Position numbers and translations under genes: made by a program. The notes below the pieces were generated by a model, which made no database searches, had not been told where the DNA came from, and saw nothing but the letters and a program-made list of their open reading frames with translations. Source: an uncultured Fibrobacteria bacterium (GTDB lineage Bacteria > Fibrobacterota > Fibrobacteria > UBA11236). From it: a DNA stretch of 64,000 nt. Below, in pieces: positions 20,771 through 31,629 of this stretch (within the stretch, counting starts at the first letter, position 1; every line of letters starts with the position of its first letter). The stretch spans positions 2,304,001 to 2,368,000 of the forward strand of contig OY970309.1 of assembly GCA_963716395.1 (NCBI GenBank), in the 5' to 3' direction.

Positions 20771-21574
20771 ATGAAGTATTTATTCATTTTCTGTAGCGGA
20801 CTGCTGCTGTTGTGCGGGGGCTGTGCTACGGCGCAAGGGCAAACCAAAGTTTCACCGTCGGCGCGAAGCGCAGAGACTTTGGCCTCAGCGACCAGTGAAA
20901 TTTCACCGCGCGCCGAAAGCGTATTGCGGTCGGCTTGCGATTTTCTTGCGCAAACGCCCGCTTTCAGTTTTAGCGGTGAGATCTGGCGCGAGCATATTAA
21001 TGATTCCGGGCATAAAGTTCAATTCAGCCGCATGGTAGAAATGGATGTTAAACGACCGGACGGATTGCGGCTGGAGATCAGCTCGCCCTTCTCCACGCGC
21101 GGCTTTTGGTACGACGGTAAAACACTGACGATTCTGGACCGCACGCATAATTGGTATAGCAGCGCCGCCATGCCGTCCACGCTGGATGACATGGTGGACA
21201 CGGCGCGTGATGAGTATGGAATTGATTTGCCGTTGATTGACCTCGCGGTGAGCGACCCATACAAGAATGCCATAGCGAAAGTGGAAACGGCGAAGTATTA
21301 TGGAATTTCCCCGGTGTTGGGCGTTCTGTGCCATCATCTGGCGTTTACGCAGGACAATGTGGACTGGCAGATTTGGATTCAGGAAGGTCCGCAGCCGTTG
21401 ATCCGAAAATTTGTCATTACGCACAAAAACGATCCCGGCCAGCCGGAATTCACCGCCTTCATCCTACATTATGACATGAACGACCGGATTACCAATACTG
21501 ATTTTGAATTCAACTCGCCCGTGGGCGCATCCAAGATAGCGATGCGCAAGGTTGAATCCGGCAATACAAAATAA
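20771..21574 (+). CDS. DUF2092-domain periplasmic lipoprotein
   Basis: Lipobox GGC; KVQFS..V.VKRPD.LR, FWYDGKTLT, CHHLAFTQDNVDWQIWI..G.QPL..KFVIT. Confidence 0.8.
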   Translation: MKYLFIFCSGLLLLCGGCATAQGQTKVSPSARSAETLASATSEISPRAESVLRSACDFLAQTPAFSFSGEIWREHINDSGHKVQFSRMVEMDVKRPDGLRLEISSPFSTRGFWYDGKTLTILDRTHNWYSSAAMPSTLDDMVDTARDEYGIDLPLIDLAVSDPYKNAIAKVETAKYYGISPVLGVLCHHLAFTQDNVDWQIWIQEGPQPLIRKFVITHKNDPGQPEFTAFILHYDMNDRITNTDFEFNSPVGASKIAMRKVESGNTK

Positions 21575-22377
21575 TGATTATGAAATTTATCGCCTTTAAC
21601 CGCTCTAATTTGTTAATCACGCTTTTAGCGGTTGGAATTTATTGCCCGAACCTATATGCTGCGGACTGGGGCAGTCTGCGTGGAAACAATCGCAGCAGCG
21701 GTGCTCGCATGCAATCCGCGCCGCGTCCACAATCACAGGGGAGCCGCCAGCCGGAAATCCGCCAGCCGGAGTCGGCTCGGCATTCCGAGCCACAGGCTCG
21801 TCCGGAACAGGCGCGTCAGGATATGCAACCACCGCGTCGGCAACCGCGTCCCATTGCATACGTGCATCCCGCGCCGGCGCAGGTGAACCAGGCGCGAGCT
21901 GAGGAGTCAGACCGGGAGCGGATGGATGTCGCCCAGGAACAGCGGCAATCCTACTTCTGGTCCGATTACCACAAAGGAATGCGGATGAACCGGTTGCCAG
22001 ACGGCTACCGTCGTTTTCACGTCCATGATCACGACTATTTTTATTTTGAAGGCGTCTTTTACGACGATGAATCGTCGGGCTACGAAGTAATCGCTCCACC
22101 GGTAGACGTGGAAATTTCAGATTTGCCCCCGGGCGCGGAAACGGTGGTTGTAGATAACACTATTTATTGTTATGCAGCCGGAGCCTTTTACCTGCAACAA
22201 CCGGACGGAGGCTATCTTGTCGTGGCACCGCCAATGGACGCGACCGTATCATTGCTTCCCCCGGACGCGGCTGAGGTAATCACCAACGGAACAGTTTATT
22301 ATCTGGCCGATGGAACCTATTACATGCCGGTCATCGAAAACGGTGCGACAGTTTACCTTACGGTCCCGCAACCCTAG
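21574..22377 (+). CDS. DUF6515-like secreted protein
   Basis: Signal peptide, Q/P/R-rich linker, repeated LPxG...YYY..G.FY...GY.V.APP modules. Confidence 0.7.
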   Translation: MIMKFIAFNRSNLLITLLAVGIYCPNLYAADWGSLRGNNRSSGARMQSAPRPQSQGSRQPEIRQPESARHSEPQARPEQARQDMQPPRRQPRPIAYVHPAPAQVNQARAEESDRERMDVAQEQRQSYFWSDYHKGMRMNRLPDGYRRFHVHDHDYFYFEGVFYDDESSGYEVIAPPVDVEISDLPPGAETVVVDNTIYCYAAGAFYLQQPDGGYLVVAPPMDATVSLLPPDAAEVITNGTVYYLADGTYYMPVIENGATVYLTVPQP

Positions 22378-22554
22378 TCATTGTCGCGCGTGGATCACTG
22401 AGCACTATAGGCAAAAGGTTACACATAGGTTACGTATCCACTTTGTGTCCCTTTTTACGGACGCGATGGCAGGATTCGGTTTGGTTTGAATACCGGCAGC
22501 CGACCAAAAAAATTTTTAGATCGCTTTTATCACGCTGAATTCGGGATTTGGAAA

Positions 22555-22627
22555 TGAGCCAGGAGGGATTTGAACCCACGACCCACGCCTTAAAAGGGCG
22601 CTGCTCTACCAACTGAGCTACTGGCTC
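22555..22627 (-). tRNA. tRNA-Lys (anticodon UUU), CCA not encoded
   Basis: GAGCCAGTAGCTCAGTTGGTAGAGCAGCGCCCTTTTAAGGCGTGGGTCGTGGGTTCAAATCCCTCCTGGCTCA; cloverleaf with anticodon loop CTTTTAA. Confidence 0.96.
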
Positions 22628-23677
22628 CGGATTCCCACGGAGAACGGGCAAAGATAGAACCGGTCCCGGGGGCCTTGCAAGCACACCCTTGGCCATACCC
22701 AAGGTCGCCATGTACCTTGTTGCCGTGCTGGCGCGACCCGGGCCGAATTGGCGACGTCATATTCACGTTACGGTGCTGGTCGCGGCGGCGGCTTGCGGGT
22801 CCGCGTCCGCCCAATGGCTGGGCGAGCCGGGCACCGAAGCCTTTCCCGGATTGAGCATCGACGCTTCGGCGCGCTCGGCGGGCTTGGCCGGGGCGGCCTG
22901 CGCCTTGCCCGAGGGCACCGAATCGCTGGGGGACAATCCCGCGGGACTTGTCGAAGATCGCGGCCATGCGGTATACCGCGGTTCGGTGCGGGCCCAACCC
23001 GACGGCGCCGACGCCGGCGCCGTGGCGTACGCCCAACCGTGGGGCGACCGGGCGCAAATCGCGGTGGGCGCGGGGTATCTCGATTACGGCAGCATCCAAA
23101 GTTTGGACGAGCTCGGCAACCCCACCGGAGCCACGCTGCGGCCCATGAGTTTTTACCCGGCTGCGACCTATGCCCAGCGAGACGGCGAGCATTGGCGTTG
23201 GGGCGCCACCTTCAAGATGGCTACGGAATATCTCGGCGACTTCGAGGGCTCGCAGGCCGCTTTGGGAATGGGCGCGGATGTCGGCGTACAGTATCAGCCG
23301 GCAGCCCGCAATCTCGGGTTCGGCGCTTCCCTGGTGAACGTGGGGAAAAAAATCCGGGGGCATTTTGCCGGCGATGCGGATCGGGGGGGATTTCCCACGG
23401 TGGCGAACGCCGGCTTGTTTTATCACCCCATCGGGCAGGACAAGGTCACGCTTACGGCCCAGGCCGAATTGCCTTTTTATGACGCCCCGGCGGCCGCCTT
23501 GGGGTGCGAATACCGATACTCTCCGCAATGGACGTTGCGCGCCGGCACCCGGTGGGATGTGAACGACGTGCGCAATATCCTGGTCGAAACGGGATCGGTG
23601 GGCGGCGCCCCCCGTTACGGCAGCGCCATGAAAGCCGCGGCGGGAACCTCGCTGCAGGTGGGAGCCATCGGCGTCGA

Positions 23678-26247
<2,570 letters not shown>

Positions 26248-26251
<4 letters not shown>

Positions 26252-27654
26252 GGAAGCTCCCTTTCCAAAGGTTTGGCCGCGGCGGCCTTTTCCCAATCCG
26301 CCTCCGGCGCTTTGGCGAAATGAAACTTCGCCAATTTGCTTTTGAGGGTGGGCAGGGGAATGTTCAAAAGTTGGGCCGCCTTGGTTCGGCTGCCGTCGCA
26401 GCGCGCCAACGCCTCTTTGAGCACGCGCTCTTCCGTGCGATCGAGAAATTCCGGCAGCGAACTTTGTCCCCAGTCGAAGGCGGGAACCCGGCCTGCGGCG
26501 TCGACGAGATTGAGGGGCAAGGCGGAGCGATCGATTTTTCCGTCGCGGTTGAGCAGCACCAGGCGTTCGATGACGTGCTCCAGTTCGCGCACGTTGCCCT
26601 CCCAGTTATGCCGTAGGAAAATTCCCAGGATCTCGTCGGAGAAATCGAGTTTCCGATCCGGGGAATATTTCCGCAGGAAATGATCCACCAAAAGAGGAAT
26701 ATCCTCGGACCGTTCCCGCAAGGGGGGGATGCGGATTTGTAACACGTTCAGGCGGTAATACAAATCCTGACGGAAGGTTCCGTTTTCCACCAGCCGGGCC
26801 AAATCTTTCTTGGTGGCCACCAAAATGCGCACGTCGGCGTGCAACGTCTCTTCGCCGCCGACGCGTTCGAATTTTCCCGTCTGGGTGAAGTTCAGCAGCT
26901 TGACCTGGGTCTCCATGGGAATGTCGTCGATTTCGTCGAGGAACAAGGTGCCTTTGTGCGCCATTTCAAAGCGGCCTTTTTTCTGGCGCACCGATCCCGT
27001 GAAGGCGCCTTTCTCGTGACCGAACAGTTCCGATTCCAACAGTTCGCGCGAAAGCGCGGCGCAACTGACCATGACGAAGGGATGGTTGCTGCGGCGGCTT
27101 TGGTAATGGATGGCTTCGGCCAGCACGTTCTTCCCCGTGCCGGTTTCGCCGTAGATGAGCACGGTGGAGTCGGCCGCCGCCACGATCCCGGCCAGGTCGA
27201 ACACCGCCCCCATGGCCGGCGACCGCGCCAGCATGTTGCCGAAACTGCGGTCGGAATCGTGGCAGCCGCGGCGCTCCCGGGTTTCCTTGCGGATGCGAAT
27301 GGTTTCTTTTACGTGCCGGATGATGCCCATCAGTTGTTCGATTTCAAAGGGCTTGCGCAGATAATCGACCGCGCCGTTCTTCAGGATTTCAATCGCCGAT
27401 TGAATGGTGGCATGCGCCGTCATCAGCACAAATTGCGTGGCCGGGCAATTCGCCTTGACGAATTCCAGCACTTTCGGACCGTCGATGCCGTCCATGACCA
27501 TGTCGCAAATGACGAGGTCGAAGTCGCCGGCGCGCAGACAGGCCACCGCTTCTTCGCCGGTGGCGACGGCGGTCACGCAGAAACCCGCATCCCGGAGTTC
27601 ATCCTCCAAAGCCAGGCGCAGGCTTTTTTCATCTTCGGCGATCAAGATGTTCAT
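26248..27654 (-). CDS. Sigma54-dependent NtrC/AtoC/ZraR-family response regulator
   Basis: Receiver domain, GETGTGK, ESELFGHEKGAFTGS, LFLDEI, FRQDLYYRL, WEGNVREL, C-terminal HTH. Confidence 0.93.
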
Positions 27655-29099
27655 ACGGCGGACTCCGCCGGAAAGGTGAGGGCCAGCACGCTGCCGCGCC
27701 GGCCTGCGCGCGCTTTCAATTCCAGGCTGCCGTGATGGGCCTTGACGATCCCAAACGAGACGTACAACCCGAGTCCGGTGCCCTTCTTGCCTTTGGTGGT
27801 GAAAAACGGTTCACAGGCTTTGGCCGCGATTTCAGGGCTGACGCCCGATCCGTCGTCTTCGACGGCGATGCGGTAATGACCGTCGCTGCGGCCCAGGGAA
27901 ATCCAGATGTTGCCGTCGCGTCCAATGGCGTCGATGGCGTTGATGACGCCGTTCACGATGACCTGCACCAGATGCGATTTCACGCCCGACACCATGCAAA
28001 GCTCGACGGGAAGATCGAGGTGCAGGCGCAAATTGTTGCGGTGCAGGCGCGGCTGCACCAGCTTCACGGCGTCGTGGATCACCGACTGGAGATCCACGGG
28101 AAACTCCTCGCGCTCGGATTCCTGCGCGTAGTTGAGCAAATCGCCGACCACCCCCTGGATATGGTTGGTGGCTTCGGAAATGAGGTCGAGGTATTCGCTT
28201 TGCCGCGCCTCCAGCCGCGGCGATTTTTGCAACCGGCGCACGCACATCTGGATACCGGCGATGGGGTTGTTGATTTCATGCGCCATGCCGGTGGCCAAGG
28301 TGCCCATGCTGGCCAGCCGTTCCGTCTCCAATATTTTCGCATGGGCGTTTTTGTAATCCCGATCGGTTTCGTTGATCCGCTCCATCATGGATTCGAATCC
28401 CCGCGCCAGCAGGCGCAACTCGTCGTTCAAGGGGCTTTCGATGCGGGGCATGGGGCCGCCGGGTACAAAGGCGTCGAAGCCTTGGAGGATTTTATAAATG
28501 GGCTCGGAGATGAAATGCGAAAACAGCAAGGCGCCGCTTAACCCGAGGATCAGAAAGGCCAAGGTCATGGCGGTCATGGCGTAGCCGACCTTGCGCGCCT
28601 TGACGAGGGCCGAGGCGTCGTCGACGCCCACCGCCAGGCTGCCGAGGCGGCCGCCATCGAGCAAGGCGGTTTGCTGCTGAATGGCCACCCGGCTTTTGCC
28701 CACCTGCACGCGGTCTGGGCTTCCGGCGTTATGCACGGAGAACAGCGCGGGCGGGACCTGGTTTCCGGAAAAGGCATGCGCCACGATTTTTCCCTCGGGA
28801 TCGAATACCAGGATGTAGAGAATGTCGGGATCGCGCTGCTTGACGGCTTCGATCAGGGCGCTGACGGAAGGGAGATGGAGGTTGGAGGTTTGCAGCATCG
28901 CGGCCACCTGGTGTTGCAGGACGCCCGCGATCAAATCGGCTTTGTGCCGCATCTCTTCTTCGGCGGTCTTAAGAACGAAGGTGTAGGAGATGTAAAGATT
29001 AATGGCCCCGAAGAGAAGAATGGTCCCGGTCATGGAGACCATGAATTTGACGCGGAGGGGGATGAACCGCTTCCCGAGCCACGCTTCCGGCCATTTCAT
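27651..29099 (-). CDS. Membrane sensor histidine kinase (periplasmic sensor, HAMP, HisKA, HATPase)
   Basis: Two TMs, ERLASMGTLATGMAHEINNPI, NAIDAI, EDDGSG, PFFTTK..GTGLGL; start 29099 or 29168. Confidence 0.9.
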   Translation of the reverse strand: MKWPEAWLGKRFIPLRVKFMVSMTGTILLFGAINLYISYTFVLKTAEEEMRHKADLIAGVLQHQVAAMLQTSNLHLPSVSALIEAVKQRDPDILYILVFDPEGKIVAHAFSGNQVPPALFSVHNAGSPDRVQVGKSRVAIQQQTALLDGGRLGSLAVGVDDASALVKARKVGYAMTAMTLAFLILGLSGALLFSHFISEPIYKILQGFDAFVPGGPMPRIESPLNDELRLLARGFESMMERINETDRDYKNAHAKILETERLASMGTLATGMAHEINNPIAGIQMCVRRLQKSPRLEARQSEYLDLISEATNHIQGVVGDLLNYAQESEREEFPVDLQSVIHDAVKLVQPRLHRNNLRLHLDLPVELCMVSGVKSHLVQVIVNGVINAIDAIGRDGNIWISLGRSDGHYRIAVEDDGSGVSPEIAAKACEPFFTTKGKKGTGLGLYVSFGIVKAHHGSLELKARAGRRGSVLALTFPAESAV

Positions 29100-29201
29100 C
29101 CACCTGTGCACGTCGCGCCGCCTCCGAGGTTGCCGCGTTTTTCTTCGCCCCGACCTCCATCTCCGCACCGTTCCTGGCCGATCGGAATCCTCCCCCCATC
29201 C

Positions 29202-30746
29202 CTACTTCTTCCACTCGGGAACGATCTCGTAGACGATGGCGGCGATGAAGCAGAGCATGATGCCCCCCACGCAGAGGATCGGGCTGAAGGGAAGAATCGG
29301 ATCGAGATACGCTTTGGTCCCGAAGCGGGCCGAGAGCAAGAAACCGGCCACCGCCAGGGAAAGGCCCAAGATCAAAGTGATTCCGAAGCAGGTAAGGCGG
29401 CGCAGATGGCTAAGGTGGCTTTCGCCCAGTTTGACCTGCAACGCCGGCAACTCATGGGCATGCATGTTCAGCGGGACGATCGGGAAGATTTTCATGAAGC
29501 CCATGTACACCATGATCGCCAGGGCCGTAAGGCCCGCGATGATGGAAACTTCCACCCAGGAGGGATGATAGAAGCCGTGGCGGTAAGGCAGCAAAGTGCC
29601 GAAGGTTTGCGAAGGCACGATGATGATGAAACGCTTCAGAATGCAGGAGACGTTCACCAACAGGCCGGCGAAAACATGCAGCCCGATGTTCGTGATCCCT
29701 TTCAGGTATTGAAAGAAAATGATCAGAGCGGAGATGAGCAAGCCGCCGACCGTAATCCAGAACAACGGCGCATAGACACCATTGGTCACCTGTTGCGCGA
29801 CCCGGGTTTCGATCAACGGGGCGGCATAATGTTCGGTGAGTTCTTCGGCGACCATGAAATAGATGTAAACGCCGCAGAGAATCATCATCAACAGACCCAG
29901 CCATTTGAAGGCTTTGGGAACGATGACCTCCTGCAAATTCAGGAACTTTCGGACCAAGGCCATGATCACCATGATGAAGCCGGTTCCGGAAATTCCGGCC
30001 ATGACCACGAACCCGGGTGCCTGCAGGGCCGTGAACCAGCCGGGGCGGGCCGATTGGAGTCCAAAAATGAAGCCCAAAGTGGAATGCGCGGTGATGAGCA
30101 AGGGCAGGATGAAAAGCGAAAGCCAGAAGCTGGAGTTCGCGTGCCGGTTGAAATCCTCGGGCCGGGGCTGAAAGCCCATGGCCCAGATCTTATAGAACAT
30201 GCGCAGGGGCGGGAACGTGGCGCGGGTGGCGAGGTAGGCAGCGTCTTCGCGGGCCGAGAGATAGAAGAAGACCATGCTGGAGAAGAGGTATCCGGCCGCC
30301 ACCATGGCAAAGTCGCCGAAGAAGGGAGAAAGCGGACGGGAGTAAAGCGGAAAGTTGATGATGCCGTGAATCGGCCGTCCGAGATCGGCCAGGATGGCGA
30401 CCGCACCCATGGTCAAGATGATGATGGTCATCAGCTCGGCCATGCGCGCAATGGGTTTCAGGTAGGAGATTCCGAACAGGCGGATGGTGGCCGAGATGGT
30501 GATGCCCGCAAAACTGACACCTACGAAGAAAACGTTGAAGATGACGTACAGGCCCCAGGTGGATCCACCCACCCCGATAGTGCGCATGTTGGTGACGAGT
30601 AAACCGTACAAGACCTGGCGGGAATAGGCATAAACGCCGACGGCAAAGATCAGAAACAGTACGGCCATGATGGCCATCCAGGTCGGACTGAATTTCATCA
30701 GCCCCAGGGGAACCGGTTGGGACGAATCTTCATTGAACATTTCCAT
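29202..30746 (-). CDS. NrfD/PsrC/QrcD-type quinone-interacting membrane subunit with a C-terminal 2-TM extension
   Basis: WGLYVIFNVFFVG, RMAE, ADLGRP, SPFFGD, HSTLGFIFG..ARPGW, KRFIIIVP, YHPSWVE. ATG30746 overlaps the Fe-S gene stop. Confidence 0.88.
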   Translation of the reverse strand: MEMFNEDSSQPVPLGLMKFSPTWMAIMAVLFLIFAVGVYAYSRQVLYGLLVTNMRTIGVGGSTWGLYVIFNVFFVGVSFAGITISATIRLFGISYLKPIARMAELMTIIILTMGAVAILADLGRPIHGIINFPLYSRPLSPFFGDFAMVAAGYLFSSMVFFYLSAREDAAYLATRATFPPLRMFYKIWAMGFQPRPEDFNRHANSSFWLSLFILPLLITAHSTLGFIFGLQSARPGWFTALQAPGFVVMAGISGTGFIMVIMALVRKFLNLQEVIVPKAFKWLGLLMMILCGVYIYFMVAEELTEHYAAPLIETRVAQQVTNGVYAPLFWITVGGLLISALIIFFQYLKGITNIGLHVFAGLLVNVSCILKRFIIIVPSQTFGTLLPYRHGFYHPSWVEVSIIAGLTALAIMVYMGFMKIFPIVPLNMHAHELPALQVKLGESHLSHLRRLTCFGITLILGLSLAVAGFLLSARFGTKAYLDPILPFSPILCVGGIMLCFIAAIVYEIVPEWKK

Positions 30747-31627
30747 CACACTTCCTTTTTTTCCAGCCCCAAAGATTTTTCCTTGCGCAGGAAATAAACC
30801 TTGGGCCGGGTTCCGAGGTCTTCGAGCAATCGTTGCGCGCGGGGGCTGGCGGCCAGGCGCGATACCAGGCTGTCGGGATCGTTCAGGTCGCCGAAGATGA
30901 TGGCTTCGGCCGGGCAGGATTGCGCGCAAGCCGGAAGCAATTGCACGTCTTCGTCGGTGAGCGCGCGGTTTTCGGCCCGGCAATCTTCTTTGAGTTTGCG
31001 GATGCGATGCACGCAGAAGGTGCATTTCTCCACCACGCCCCGCGGGCGTGTGGCCACGTCGGGATTCAGCGCTTCTTTATAAGTATCGGGCCAGGCAGGC
31101 TCGGTCCAATTGAAATAGCGGCGGGAGTAGGGGCAGGCCACCTGGCAATAGCGGCAGCCGATGCAGCGATCCCAAATCTGGGCGACGATGCCTTCTTCGT
31201 CCTGCATGGTGGCGCCGACCGGGCAGACTTTTACGCAGGGGGGATTCTCGCAATGGTTACAAGGCATGGGCGTCGCAATGGAATCACTTTCTTCGCTGAA
31301 GTTCAGCATGGTCATCCAATTGATTTCGGCCCCGGCCTTGCGGGGGTTGTCGCCGTTGAAAGGCACGTTGTTCTCGACATGGCAGGCCACCACGCAGGCG
31401 CCGCAGCCCGAGCACAAATCGAGATCGATGGCCATGCCCCATTTTGGGCGTTTCCCGGTTTTGGGGTTGAGGTACACGCCCTTGGATTCGGTTTTCATTT
31501 CCTTGGCGACGGCCGCCTGGATCAATCCCGCAAAGGGCAGGGCGGCGATGAGCTTGAGAAAGGTGTTGCGGGGCATACCTCCCAAGGTTTCTTCCGGCGC
31601 GGCGATTTCGGGTTTCGGGTTTTTCAT
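30746..31627 (-). CDS. Four-cluster Fe-S subunit (NrfC/PsrB/QrcC family)
   Basis: WGMAIDLDLCSGCGACVVAC, CNHCENPPCVKVCP, CIGCRYCQVACPY, RPRGVVEKCTFC...PACAQSCP..AIIFGD. Confidence 0.92.
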   Translation of the reverse strand: MKNPKPEIAAPEETLGGMPRNTFLKLIAALPFAGLIQAAVAKEMKTESKGVYLNPKTGKRPKWGMAIDLDLCSGCGACVVACHVENNVPFNGDNPRKAGAEINWMTMLNFSEESDSIATPMPCNHCENPPCVKVCPVGATMQDEEGIVAQIWDRCIGCRYCQVACPYSRRYFNWTEPAWPDTYKEALNPDVATRPRGVVEKCTFCVHRIRKLKEDCRAENRALTDEDVQLLPACAQSCPAEAIIFGDLNDPDSLVSRLAASPRAQRLLEDLGTRPKVYFLRKEKSLGLEKKEV

Positions 31628-31629
31628 AA

